Positions 29,535 through 47,457 of a DNA stretch of 64,000 nt are shown piece after piece. The translations under genes and the position numbers were made by a program. Source of the stretch: Eledone cirrhosa (Eukaryota); NCBI GenBank assembly GCA_964016885.1, contig OZ024752.1, forward strand, positions 3,286,001 through 3,350,000. Direction: 5' to 3'. The notes under the pieces were generated by a model that searched no databases, was not told the DNA's origin, and saw only the letters and a program-made list of their open reading frames with translations. Numbering within the stretch: position 1 is the stretch's first letter; each line of letters begins with the position of its first letter.

Positions 29535-29827
29535 ATATATTATATATATATAATATATAAGCAAAATGATATTTAATTTGTGGGTAATTGAACAAATATA
29601 TATGTTTATAACTGAGTTGAAGCACTCGACATTTTTCTGGAGTATAATATTAAATGATATTACATAAATGAAACCTATATTTATAAAACCATATTTATTC
29701 TATTATATATATTTCAACAGTAACAAAACTTTGGTACGCCCTCATCAGATAAAATACAAAGTTTGTTTTATAAATATTGACATATCCAGGAAGAAGATCT
29801 TAACGGTTCAAATTTTTCCTGGATAGT
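29535..29827 (-). mobile_element. Hammerhead-bearing element (subfamily A), single copy; motif at 29696-29756
   Basis: Minus strand TATTTTAT-CTGATGA-GGGCGTACCAAAGTTTTGTTACTGTT-GAAA-TATATATA-ATAGAATA; same ACTATCCA 5' start as the 26490 copy. Confidence 0.75.
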
Positions 29828-30819
29828 AAAAGGAAAGAAGGGAAAGAGAAGAAAAGTAAAATATTTCAAATTATTAAGATGAATATGCAAATGAGTTTGA
29901 AGTATAGAGCTGAAAAAAAAAACGTTCTTTTTAGACGTTAAGTAGATTTAAATAATTATTAGGATATATATATATATATGTGTGTAGAGGGGGGAGACTG
30001 TGTGTGTGTGAATAAAGAGAATAGGTAGAGAGCAGTGGATTGATTAAGAGAATTAGACATAAAGAATACTATACGGAGGGATATATGTAGCGAATAGGGG
30101 TTGGATGTTGGTAAATACTCCTTGGTATTGCACATTTGAAGAGGAATTACATGAGCAAGTGGCATGCACATTTAGTGTGAGTTAACTATGTTACAAGAGC
30201 ATGGCTCTTAGTTGCGAATATATAAGGATAGTTTAATCGTCCTCTTATGTACATAGAGGTTAGTATTGTGGGTGTCATCCAATGCGTCATTAAACATTAT
30301 GAATGTGAATAAAGTAAGATATAAATAAGACCTGTTGTTGTTATCAGAGCTATGTCAGTAGATTTAACTTCAAATGTGATCCAGCCCTTAGCACAGTAGA
30401 TTATTTAATCATTCATGAACTATTTCTGATTAAATTATTCAGTGAGTCCTGCTTTTTTTTATCATAGGGAGATTCAACTGTTATTCCTATTTTACTATAC
30501 GTTGTCGTAGAAGCTACCTTCTAGTATTATGCATTAATGTGATAGCTGACTTTGCAAGCAACGATATTTAGGTAATGAAGTCGATATCCGTTTTAGGGTG
30601 CAATTCAAGCCAACAATTGTAATATATCCACATGAACAGTTTCTACTGATGCATTCGAATAAATTTAACTTCTCCCTTTGCTACTCTATTCAGTTTGAAG
30701 GATTGCCAGGTGGCTGCGTTTCATTTTTATCTATTTCCTCGTTATCGTTTTTGTAGTTCATGTTTGTGTTGTTTCTACGATTATTGTTACTGCTACTGCC
30801 GGAAATGTTGCTGAGGCTG

Positions 30820-30820
<1 letters not shown>

Positions 30821-30894
<74 letters not shown>

Positions 30895-30918
30895 ATAATA
30901 ATAATAATAATAATAATA
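30821..30918. repeat. (CTA)n/(TAA)n microsatellite
   Basis: Directly visible. Confidence 0.95.
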
Positions 30919-31176
30919 AAGTCTAATGATTACTTATCGCAAATCCCAGGAAACCCGCGTATAGGAGAACTACAAAAGATAGTGCTAATGGGAACTGCCC
31001 ATATACTAAGGAAGATTCTGTCAATATAAGTACATCACAAGTCTAAACACCTAAAGATGCATGTGTGTGGATGTATGTTCTTTCTTGAACATGGCGGATC
31101 TTGTTGTCTCCTGAGGTCACTGGTTGTGACTTGGTGATAACTCGTATGAACATAAAGCAAGATAAATCCAACTGTA
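30919..31176 (+). mobile_element. R4/Dong-like RLE non-LTR element 3' end, between (TAA)n tracts
   Basis: KSNDYLSQIPGNPRIGELQKIVLMGTAHILRKILSI* followed by a 3' UTR. Confidence 0.75.
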
Positions 31177-31211
31177 CTAATAATAATAATAACAATAATA
31201 ATAATAATATT

Positions 31212-31611
31212 AAGCTCCGAAAATATAAAGATCTGCTTATTGAAATTGAGAAAATATGGCACCTCAAGGCCGTTACATACCAGTGAATGTGGGAGGACTG
31301 GGAATGATCAAGAAAGGAACAGAAAAATATTTGCGAATGATTCATGGTTTACCCTCTCTGCACGTGGTGCAAACAGTTTTGACTGGTACTGCACACGTAT
31401 TGAGAAGAGCACTATCTCTGTAACATGGATATCCCTCCTTGTATTTACAAATGCATACGCACAAGTGTATATATGTATACTGTTTTTTTTTATTATAATC
31501 AATGTGCTGTATTAACTGGCTTACCATTGCACACTGTGAAATTATTTGCCCTAGGAGCCAAGAAGATACTCGGCATATATCTCAGAAGCAATAATGAAAT
31601 AAAATAAACAT
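31212..31611 (+). mobile_element. Second R4/Dong-like RLE element 3' end, between (TAA)n tracts
   Basis: KLRKYKDLLIEIEKIWHLKAVT / PVNVGGLGMIKKGTEKYL..VLTGTARVLRRALSL* (frameshifted). Confidence 0.78.
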
Positions 31612-32284
31612 GATAATAATAATAATAATAACAATAATAATGATATTAACAATAATAATAATAATAATAATAATACGGGAAGGATACGCACATGGTGGAT
31701 AGAGTGTTATGGAATCGCTCCCGTAAGTTTTTGATTTTTTACATATTTAAACCAATTATAATAAAATAATTCTTACCACGGATGGGAGATAAGACACCAG
31801 TCTTAGCTCTCAGGAAGTGGCAACACATAACACTATGGTACAGGGCTCACATATTTAATTTTGTATTAGAAATTATATAGTAAAAAAAGAAAATGGTCAC
31901 AAATGGTCACAATGGAAGAAAACAACAGCAAATAATTTCACCACTAACACCACCACCGCCACCGCCACCACCACCACTACCACAAAAAATTCAGCTAGAG
32001 ACAAAACCAACAGCAGCAGCAACACCATCACTACAGTACTACTACCCATCACCACCGTCACCACTCCATCATCTCTACCACCACTATTCCATCACTACCT
32101 CCTGTTAAGAGAGGGAAGGTAGTAGTGCCATTACACATGACTAGAAACGAGGAAGTCACCAAAAGATATAAATAGACTGATTTAGTGACCCGCTCAAACG
32201 GCTAACAACAACACCCTAATTATTATTGTTGTTGCATCTGTAAATTCTCTCAAAATGTTTAGTTTATACGATGTCAAATAATAA

Positions 32285-32957
32285 TAATAATTGTTTCTAC
32301 ATTTGGCATAAGGCCAGCAATCACTCAGTGCATTACTGGTACTTTATTTTATCGACCCCGTAAGAATGAAAGGCAAAGTTAACCTAAGCAAAAAGTCGAA
32401 AAATTACAGAACAGAACACAGACAAAAACAAACGCAACCACAAAAGAAAAACAAATTTCAAAAGTTTTCAACGCAACACACCCTACCTCGCTCGTGACTA
32501 TGACGTCGAGTTTAGAGGAGCTAGAATAAAAAAGAGCAGCAGCAGCAACAACAACACTAGTAAACGATGTTACTGACCTTGAAAAACCAAAACAAACTAA
32601 GTCAGACATTCAAATAATACAATGAAACTTATGTTTATATTTTTATCTGACCCTCTACCGATACTGCCATCCACTGCCCTAATAATTTCTTATGTAGTCA
32701 CAAGGCCAGCAATTTTGTGGGAGAGGAAAGTCCATTAAATCGTCCCCAGTGCTTGACTGTACTTTGTTTTATCGACCCAGTAAGGATGAAAGGCAAAGTT
32801 AACCTCGGTGGGATTTGAACTCAGATCGTAAAGGGCCGTAACTCTATGCTGAAAAGTATGGCATCCGACGCTCTACCGATACAGCCGATCCACCGCCAAT
32901 CCGTCAGCCCCAGTGCATTACTGGTACTTTATGTTATCTACCCCGTAAGGATGAAAA
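32285..32957 (-). mobile_element. Cluster of SINE copies and fragments (one near-complete long form at ~32685-32897)
   Basis: Repeated ACTGGTACTTTATTTTATCGACCCC..AAGGATGAAAGGCAAAG and reverse B-box motifs. Confidence 0.8.
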
Positions 32958-33769
32958 ACACATGTTACTACTGTTTCTACTACTGCTGCCTTTGTGACTG
33001 TTGCTGAAAATGATGATGGTATTGTTTAAGCTGAAGCTACGTTTCTCGTTATTGTTTCATCTCTCCTGTGTTGCATGGCATTTGCCATAGAATTACCAAC
33101 GGAACAATTGATAATTATAAATTAGATGATGATGTATTGAATGCCATGCGCTAAACAACTCTTAATTAATTGAAATGTTTCTCTTAGTTTGGGAAAGAAA
33201 CACGAACCTAGCGGCATTATTTGGCTCGATAAAATAAAGTACCAGTAATGCACTGAGTCATTGCTGGCCTTGTGCCTAAAATAGAAATAATTATTTGGCA
33301 AACGTCAAAAAAAAAGGAGAGTTATTTCATGATATTCAGAAATGATTACTGGACGTTAATTTACATGCTGAGGGGTAGAGGGCATTTATACATGTCCTGT
33401 TTTTCACAAATGGAAACGAAATATACTATGCAGACAGCTATAAAAAGTACCACGTGAAAGCAGATACATTACTTTTGTCAACTAGATTTAGCATCCAAAT
33501 GTATTTGAATGAAAGACGAGCTGAATAAAAGATAGTCAAATGATGATTTAGATAATGCTAATGCAGTGTGCATAAAAAGAACACCTAGTGTCAACGAACG
33601 GAATGTCATTGTACATAAGTATGTATGGTTCCGTAACTCCTGATAGTCGTAGGGACCCCGTGTTGACATGGCATGTTGGAGGCATTTTAAGCGTGGTGGA
33701 ACACATCCCTCTCCAGGCCTCCCCAAAGAAAAATAGAAAGTGAGAGGAAAAATGTATAGAGGAAGAATC

Positions 33770-33901
33770 TACTCCAGTACTAGACTGGTACTTTTTTTAT
33801 CGAACTCGAAAGAATGAAAGGCAAAGTTGACCCCGGTGGTATTTGAACTGAGAGAGCCGAAATCTATCCGACGTTCTAACGAATCTGTCAATTCGTCGCC
33901 T
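33770..33901 (-). mobile_element. Diverged SINE
   Basis: ACTGGTACTTTTTTTATCGAACTCGAAAGAATGAAAGGCAAAGTTGACC..ATTTGAACT. Confidence 0.7.
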
Positions 33902-34537
33902 TTCTTTATACATAGTTCTACTTAAACAGAGCAAATACGGAGATAAACAGCAATACTAGCTGTCTTAGAGAAGCTAGGTAAGGAGAAAAATATAAAGAGC
34001 AATTGGTGTAGACAATGATTGATATTTTGGGGGACATAAATTAGGATAGCACCATCCTACACTCAGTGGAGTTGCGTTATATCTGCTGCTCTTCTACCCA
34101 GATCTTCAGAAATATGAGGATTGCGACGATAACATCTCCTGTTAGAGAATCTTCTAGATTCCATATTGTAACTGTTAAGGTTGGAGTCATAATCATAACA
34201 TCATATCATCAATTCTCTTACCTAGCATATTAGTCATTTGACTATTTATTATAGTTTACATTGACGTGGGTGCATTTATCGTCTGAAGCTGGTGGAATTG
34301 CCTGTCACAAATATGGTCCCCAAGTTACTCACTTCTTTATTACGAACTGGAAAGATGACAAAACCATTTAAGAAATAAGGAGGGTAAATCGGTGTCTTTA
34401 ACTAAAAGTATTGCCTCAGAACTTCGGTGGAAAGGCTAAGCCATTGAAGTGGAGGAATATTGATTACCTAACTTGGCACTGTTGTAAATGGATGGGAACC
34501 GCAGGCAGAAGTCTTGATAGTTACAATGACAATAATA

Positions 34538-34682
34538 TTGTTTCTACTTTAGGCACAAAGCCAGAAATTTGAAGGGGAGGGAAAGTCGATTAAATCGACC
34601 CCAGACTTTACAGAGTTTACTGGTGCTTTATTTTATCGACCCCGTAAGGATGAAAGGAAAAGCTAACTCCGGCAAGATTTGA
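34538..34682 (-). mobile_element. 5'-truncated SINE (long form)
   Basis: TTGTTTCTACTTTAGGCACAAAGCCAG..AAGTCGATTAAATCGACCCCAG..GGATGAAAGG. Confidence 0.8.
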
Positions 34683-35759
34683 TGACAGTAATATTGATGT
34701 AAATGATATAGTTAAGATAGTGGTACTGTTTGTAGTGATAATGGAACTGGTGAAGTTGGTGCTTAGTATAACGATTAGTAGTTATGCTAGTTGTGTTAAT
34801 CAGTGCAAAATTAGGTGGGTCACACCTATAACTACACTGACTCTTTTTCTCTCTGGTTTAAAGTATATCGTAATTATGGAGATGCTTACTGGTGATGGTA
34901 ATAATGACACTAGTTAACAGAGACAGCAATGGCTATGCTAGTGGAGATTATGGTAGTGATTATAGTGCTAATGACAACCCTGGTATGTATACCTGAGTGG
35001 TGAGGAAAAACTATCCAACTGTAAGTATATGTTTTTGTTGATGTTTTGTATTTGTCGCCAGTGAGTTTATATAGGGCAAGAGTATAATATGCTTCTTCTC
35101 ATTCCTTAAGACAGCATTGTGCGATTTTATGGTAGTGTGGCGCCTAGTCCTAGCTGGTATATCAAGCATGTAGCAAATGTTTACACGTTTGTTAGAATAT
35201 ATTGTCGTAGTATTGCTAGTATTGAAAGAGTTGATGATAGCTTTTACGATGGTAGGGATGCTGATGTTTATTATAGGGGGAGAGTTGATGGTATAGATGT
35301 TAATGTGACAGTGTAGGTGATTATAATCACGGTTGTAGCAATGGTGTTGGGGATTGTACTCATACTCCTCGGGGTAAGGTTGTAGCTAATGTTAGCGATG
35401 ATAGTTACGAATGTCGTGTTGGCGATTGGGATAACGATATAGGAGTGTTGGATATGTTCATGGGTTTGGTAACATGAGAGTAGTTGGGTCATGATCATGA
35501 TAGTATGTATGTGGTGCTTATATGGGATATAATTGAATTGGTGATGAGTATGGTGATGAATACGTTAAGGGTGATACAGAAAGGTGATGCTATTAGTGAG
35601 GATTGTGTATGTAACATGACAATATTAGTTTGTTGTTGGTTATATATATACCAGCTCTTTGGAAAAGAACTATAATCAAATGAACCCCAAATATGATACA
35701 TATTAATGCATTGTGCAATATATTTAAGGTTTTTGAATGTATGGTGTAATTTGAATGAT

Positions 35760-35836
35760 ATACGGGTGTTGAACGACTTGGTTGAAGTTCCCTGACGGTA
35801 TGCGAATTGTACTGGCGATTGAGAATCTGAGATATT
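35760..35836 (-). pseudogene. Possible tiny LINE RT remnant
   Basis: ISDSQSPVQFAYRQGTST resembles the QFAYR...ST RT motif; no flanking support. Confidence 0.3.
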
Positions 35837-36835
35837 GTTGTGATGATGATGTTGTTGGACAAAAAGTAGCGAAGATATCAAGATATTTCCTTTTCTATAT
35901 CGAGTTTGCATGTAGAATCTCTGTATTGCATCTTTTACCGTAACCTGGTGTATCCAAGCAACATTCTAAGTGAAATTATGCTTGCAGAAACTGTGAATGA
36001 CTATCAGATGGAATGTATCTACACTTCAAAAGGCCCGCCTTATCACATCTAGGAATTATATTATGGACGTATGTGTCTGTAGATTACTTACAAGCAATTT
36101 CAACTAGTAGTTCAGTTCAGTTAATCAAACTACAGAATTTTTAAAACCGAAATTGAAAGAGACCCTTTTTTGTGTTATCTTAGTACCAATGTGTATGTTT
36201 GTTGTGTATTTAGCACACGGTCATTGCGCAATAATCCAAACTATTGTTAAACAATTTCTAACTGAGACTCACAATTGTTTCCGGGGGAAATATATCTCGA
36301 TCTGCATACCTGAAAGAGTTTTACTCTTGTTTTTTTTATAGACATTAAGCGTGATTGGAGTGGAAATTAGTGTTATTTCTATTAGGTTGTTGAGACCACG
36401 TAGATTCTCCTTCACTATCTGCAGATGGAAGTGGTGAATATAAAAGAGGAAGCATGCATTTCACGTTCGATAAGAGGAAGTGAAGTAACAGTTGATAGCT
36501 GGTTAAATAGATTTTTTACACTGCTAACAACAATATCTGTGACAATGCTGAGATTATGTTCTCCATTACAGTTTCAACGTTCATCTTGTTTACAATTCTG
36601 ACATTTATGTCTACTAAAAATGTCTTGAATATTCTTTAATACTATATGCTGGAAAACATACTCTAACGTTTCTGATTGAAACGGTGTACGCCTGGCTGTG
36701 TTTACATGTCAGAGTGTGTCAATTGGTATATGAACGTGAGATGTGCGCATGTGTATGGCAGTATTTGTATATGTATGTGGGTGTCGGATCATACAAACGT
36801 AGATACAAGCATGTATAATTAAGCCACATATAATG

Positions 36836-36894
<59 letters not shown>

Positions 36895-37059
36895 GTGTGT
36901 GTGTGTGTAGGGTTGTATCTAGATACACCCATATACATATCCGTAACGTAGATCTGTCTCTTGTTGCTCTACACAAGAAATAACATACTATTCACTAACA
37001 TACACATGCGAATACTATTCAAACATACACAGGCACACACATGTATATATAAATATATA

Positions 37060-40670
<3,611 letters not shown>

Positions 40671-40767
40671 ATGTGTGTGTTTGTGTATCTACATTACATG
40701 TCTGAGTTAATGTCTCGCTTTTTCTATGCATAATTGTTATTGCTTCGATGTATTCTTATATAAGTAA

Positions 40768-40863
<96 letters not shown>

Positions 40864-43800
40864 CTAGTGTCTGTGTCTCTGTAAATATGCCTGTGTGTAT
40901 ATTTAAATCAATGCATACTTGTATACATACATCACTTCACATTGGAACATTTCTCTTTAAGTTTCGTTGACAGAAATATGTTTTTCTTATCCATTTCATT
41001 TGATCTCTCGACAACTTTGCTTTCCTGTCAAATATCAATTTAACTACATGTACACATACATAACTTCACTTCACGCACGCTTGCACAAATACATACTTAT
41101 TCACACCCAGGCACACATATATACATGTGTGTGTATGTATGCATATATAAGCATGTATGTGCGCAAGTATACCAGTTCGTGTATAGAGATAGACGTGGAA
41201 GAAGGAGAGAAAGACATGACAAGTATAACAGAGAGAAAGGGAGAAATTAACCAAAAATTAACAAAGAAATAATAAATACTAAACAATTATTTAAAAATCT
41301 GAAATAAAAATATATATAAAATAAATGAAGGAGAGATAGTTGGAAGCAAAAGGAAAAAGTGTAAGAATAGATGAAAAAGTAAGAGATTAAGTAATGTGAA
41401 GAGAAATGTGAGTGAATAGATGATTTAGTTGGAGGTGGGAGTGTGAATTAATTATATTGTATGACTGGTGCATAATGTAAGAAAATGAGATATGAGATTA
41501 TTACAGAAATATTGTTAGTGTGGTAGAGTGCGGGAGACAACGAGAGAGAGAAACACTGTGAGAGAGAGAGAGAGAGTAATAGCTTGAAAGTGTGAGATAG
41601 GAAGTGTCTGATTGAGAGGGGAGAAATACAAATAAAAATTAATAAAAATAATATATAAAAGGCGCTTGTGAGACGTGGAATGACTGAAACAAACAGAAAA
41701 CGGTGACAGTTTTAAGAGAAAGATAAACAGTCAATTCTCATTGGAAATTTGTTCACACCTCTCAATAGCAGGCTCCTTCATCTGTTGACATAAAATAAAA
41801 TAAAAATTACGTCTGTGTTTTCTAACTACAATCAATAATTATTAACTGCAGCCTGCTTCGGTCCCGTTTTGCACTGTCTGGATCGTTTATTTATACAGTA
41901 ACATCGGCTTGGTGGATGTGTTAAATTGTTCGCCAATGGGAAACGTTTGGAAGTTAAAAATACAAAAAAAGTATATCTATCAACATCCCCGACGCTAATC
42001 GTTCTGATACATACTGCTACTGCAAGATTTAGATACGTTAAGGAGAATTGCATTCGAGTTATAACTCTTGTCATATGCGTCTAGATGTACAGTGGTTCTA
42101 CTAACCTTTACGACATTTAAACCGAATGAGTCCATGCCATGTATAAAAACTGATACACAACACAAAATACTGGAATTACAACTCTGCACTGGAGAGAGGA
42201 ATGGATGTTAGCAGATGATATCAGACACCGATTAAGTAGCTTGGTGGCCCACCTGACTGTTGTAAAGTATGTCAAGTTCCATCTAGGCATATTTAGAAGG
42301 TCTTCTTTTCGGTTCCTGTGACTTAGATGGGTTTCACAGGTCAGATATATATTTGTCTACAACGAAATTTCCAATCGCCTAGGTCTCACGATTTTGTGAC
42401 AGGCGGGATGGGATATTCACTGCTGTTATGACATTTAGACCCAGTTAAGGTGTCCAGGATATATATTTCCTTTGCAGGTGCTAATTTCCCTACTAGTTGG
42501 ACAATGTAGTAGGGAGAATATCAAACCATGTAAAATATATAAAGCAAGTTTCAGGCGGACTTGATTATTTTCTGAAAGGCAATATGAGGTTCAAATAAGA
42601 TTCATTAACTAGAGTTCTTGTGTATATTCAGATCAAGGTTAATGGACCTGACTTTGCTACGGAAGTATATTAATTTGACGAGAGAACCTGTTTAGTTATG
42701 ACTTTTAGCATTGCCATCCCTATTGGAGATGCGTGGAGGGTGACGTAACCGTTTCAAAAGGTATCGTCAATTCTCAAAGCATTGCTGACACGTTGAAATA
42801 TGAGGATAGTGTTGGACGAATTCAGTTTACAGAAAGAAACCGGAAGGAAAAGTGGTCAGAGTTTGTTTTTCAGTCTTCACCTTGTATTTATTTGTTTTGC
42901 TTGTTTTCAGTACAGAAATTGAACTTATTTTAATGTTTTTAATGTATTGTATTAGGTTTTAGAACCATACAATATTTCTTCGAAACGGTAATTGCCACAG
43001 GCTCTGCATGGCATGTTATGTACTGTATATATGTGCTGACATAAATATAGAATTATTATTATGATCTTTAATTATTTAATTAGCTGTCATCACAACATTA
43101 CTAATTACAGCTCTCCGTGCCTTGGGTATCTGCTGTGTTTTGTACTGAATGCAATCTTCGTCATATGCGTGAAATGCCTAACAAGCCTATTTTCTGCATG
43201 ACGTATATATGTGAACCTCCTAGTATTTTATGTATCTATCTGTGCGTTTATACTTTCAAAATCTCTTGTTACTTTTGGGATTGTTTCTGTTTTCATTATC
43301 TACATCCGGTTTATTTCTATCTCCAGATATTATTATTTGGTTAATTTCAATGTTTCCTTGATAATCACATCGTCATCAGTGGGTATATGTACATCAGTTA
43401 GAAGAGAACTGTTCATTGTTGTCTTTGACTATTATAATATCTTGTCATTTGGCTTCGATCTCTCTACCTATATGTATTGGCATTCCCCCAGAAAATAGTT
43501 TGTTTTGTCATTCTCTATGTCATTCTCAACACTATTTCTGATGTAAATTTGTACCACTTATTCATGGTGGTAATTTGTACCACTTATTCATGGTGGTAAT
43601 TTGTAGTGTTGGCATAAAATCTAGTGTATGTAAATTCCAACACTATCTTGCTTGTAAGTATATATTTGCTAACTTGTGCAGTCAGGGACAATACGATTAA
43701 TTGTTTAATCCTTACCATTACATATTCCTTCCTACTTTTGCGTACTGAACATGTAAGATGGTGGGGTTCTTGCCATATATAATTTTGGGGGATTAACTGT

Positions 43801-44024
43801 GACATTTCTGGGGATCAATGTGGTGTTCCCTTTAGTAAACCAGTCGTATGTCATTTCTGGATTCATCATATGCTCCTGTTGAATATTTCAACCAGATGAT
43901 TTTGATTTTAACAAGTGCCAGGACCTTTATTTTTCTTGAATTCGCAGTGTGTCACAACTTCTGTTGTGGTGACTTATCATAGTTGTTTAGGGACTGAGTT
44001 TAATATTTTATTATTAATGTGCAG

Positions 44025-44115
44025 AATCGATAAAATAAAGTACCAATCAAGCACTGGGGTCAATTTAATCGACTTTCCCCATCGCCCAAATTGTTAGCCC
44101 TGTGCCTAAATTAGA

Positions 44116-44159
<44 letters not shown>

Positions 44160-44565
44160 GGGTGGATTGACAGTATCGTATAGCGTCGGACACCATGCTT
44201 TGCAGCATAGAGTTACGGTTATTTATGTTCTGCGTTCAAATCCCGTCGAGGAGACCTTTGCCTTTTATCATTACGGGGTCGATAAAAAAAAGTAACAGTA
44301 ATTTCAACGACTTCTCCCCTCCTCTAACATTGTTGGCCTTGTGCTTAAATCCGAAATCATTATTATTTAGGCGGAGGATTGGAGGTAGAGGGTCGGAAGC
44401 CATTCTTTTCAGCACAGAGTTGCGGCCCTTTATAGTCCGAGTTCAAATCCCGCGGAGCTTTACTTTGCCTTTCATCCATACGGGGCCGATGAACGGGGTA
44501 AAGTACCAGTAATACACTGTGATAATTTATGGCCTTGTGCCAAAAGTAGAAACAATTATTATTAT
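44025..44565 (+). mobile_element. Three head-to-tail SINE copies separated by (ATT)n tails
   Basis: Fragment ~44025-44120; copies ~44160-44360 and ~44369-44565 with GTTCAAATCC B-boxes. Confidence 0.85.
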
Positions 44566-44980
44566 TTAGGGACTTTGTTGGCACAATAAATAGGATGCCA
44601 TAGAAAGCACACAGTTCTCTTTAGTAGCATTCCTTTACATTATCGATACAAATACCTTCTGGCCTTACTTTGTGTTTCGTCCTTGAAGCATTGAGTTTGA
44701 ATTAATTTACTATTATCTTCTCTGAAATATATGGCTATATGCCAGCGTAAAGCTAATCATATATTAAACCCATTTTAAGAGTGGCGATATGTTTCTGGAC
44801 CGAAAACAAATCCTAATCGTTGAGATTTAGATTTGGAAATATTACGTATGCAAAGAAAGGCGCCTGACTTGGTGTTGTCAGAGCCAGAATTTGTAGAAGT
44901 TTAATGTTTTCAGTTGAGTTATTCCTGAATATTTGATATAGTCGTATCCAAAGACATTAGAGTCGGTGGCTAGTTTTATG

Positions 44981-45079
<99 letters not shown>

Positions 45080-45181
45080 CTATGTGTGTGTATTTGTATG
45101 TAAGTGTGTGTATATATATATATATAGATATATAGGTGTCTGTGATTTATATACACACATATATATATATACAAACACACT

Positions 45182-45238
<57 letters not shown>

Positions 45239-45493
45239 ATATATATATACACACACACACACAACACCACCACCAGTTCTCTCTGTCTCGCATCCATTCT
45301 CCTTCTCTAAATATACTAACAATTATTTGTATACACTTTATATATCCAAACTTATCCGGCTGACCGTTAAATTTCGAATTCCTTATGTTATTTCAGAATA
45401 ATGGATTAAACTAAAGGTATAATATTTCAGGCTATAAAGGTTTATAAATGTCTATATTAATATTAAATTATACTAACATATTTAATTTATAAA

Positions 45494-46566
45494 ATCATAT
45501 TTAAAGTATTTTCAAACATGCGAAAGAAACTTAGTAGTTTCATCCACACGAATGTAAACCATATTAAATTATATTATCTTACATTATTTTCCCATACTAA
45601 AATAATTCCCATTATATAATTTAGAAAATAATTACAGTTATAACATTAAACATTTAAAATTATCAATTAGAATGTCTTAAAGCATCTAAAGGCCTTATAA
45701 TTAAACTTTAAAAAGTTATTATTAAATTTGATATATGCATTTGTCTAAATATATACTAAGAGTATATTGTCTAAAGTTAAAGACGATATTAGTAAGTTAT
45801 AGATAACACAATATAATACAATATAATAAATAAGTTATTGTTAATATTATTACATTTAGGATCATGTAATACATATATACTATAAACATTTCATGAATCA
45901 TAAGGAAATGAACCAGATTCAAAATAAATAAGTACATTTTTTGCGATCATATAAGTGCCAAATATTTAAGCTATATAAATTAAAATACAAGAAAATGTTT
46001 AAGGATCTATATAGTAGTATAGTATCATATTTAAAGTGTCTGCAAACATGAGAAAGAGAAAACTTAAGATGTTCATCGACCCGAGGGTAACCCGAATTTA
46101 ATTAAATTAAAAAGTAATAATCGTTATATAATTTAGAAAATATTTAACAATTATAACACTAGAATGTCCTTAAGTATCTAAAGTACTTATAAATGTAGCT
46201 AGAAGCCTGTTATTTAACCAGCTATTCACATTTCTCCAAATATATACAGAGTATTCTGTTCGGAACTCAAGACGATATTAGTGATCCATATACATATAAT
46301 AAATAAATAATAAAAACAATGTTAGTAAATTTATAATTGAAGTTTAACATCAAGTTAAGTGGAAAAAGTTTGTCGACTAGGATCGTGTACGACGCATATA
46401 CCATACAAATATATAAACAAATATAAATATATAAATTAAACATCTTGAATCTTAAAACTAACATACTCCAAAAGAATAAATACATAAATACATAAAAGCA
46501 TGAATTGTTTACGGTTCATTACAACTGTCAACCATATAAGCTATATATTTAAAAAAAATACAAGAA
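45494..46566. repeat. Old, diverged tandem duplication, period ~530 bp
   Basis: Collinear shared blocks ATCATATTTAAAGT (45494/46024), TTATATAATTTAGAAAATA, AAGACGATATTAGT, AGGATC, AAAATACAAGAA. Confidence 0.7.
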
Positions 46567-47371
46567 TCCCAATCTAATTAAATGTATCTATACAAACAGA
46601 AAATATATATATTCATCAAGATATCGTGTTAACAATCTATATGTTATTATATTTATATAGAACCCTTAATCTAACAATTATAATATCATAAATGACTAAA
46701 AACATTAATATAACATTTTACGCACTCAGTTGATACGAGACGCCAACAATTAGAACGTATTTATTTATGTTTTCTCCTGACTTTTTGCGAGGCTTGGAAT
46801 GTAGAGGAAGCTGTATGAAGGCAATTTGAGAATAATTCACTTTTTTGGTTAATTAAATTATCATAATTAGTAATTATTAATAATTATTAGTAATTATTAT
46901 TTTTGTTAATATTTTGAATTAATATGAATAACTCCGGAACACCATAACTGTTGAGTGTTTCCAATTTATTGTAAAACTCATTCTTTGATTTATTCATGAA
47001 ACCTTGTTTAACCTTTAAATATATATATAAATATATAAATATATATATATATAAATGAAAAGTATAGAAATTATTATAAGCAAGAAGCACACAGTATTTC
47101 CTAATATATAAGTGACTATCGCGTCAAAATGGGAAAATAGTTAACGTAAGATGTGGGAAAAATAATTCAAACTCAATTCAAAAAGAATCCTGATATAGAT
47201 TCATCCAACAGAATTTAGTGAAATCCAGGAAAAAATCAATAGAGCCTTAACTCGTGATAAAATAAAGTTTAAAATACTCATCCTTCAATTTGGAATATAT
47301 ATATATATATGTGTGTGTGTGTGCACATGTATATGGATATATATGTACATATAAGTATTTATAATATATAT

Positions 47372-47401
<30 letters not shown>

Positions 47402-47457
<56 letters not shown>

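Noticed and set aside
31893-32108. Proline-rich ORF (similar ones at 48208-48579 and 62-63 kb)
   Set aside because: Degenerate CCA/CAT trinucleotide low-complexity sequence
43546-43605. 26-bp tandem duplication (similar 22-bp repeat at 14161-14210)
   Set aside because: Ordinary local slippage duplication
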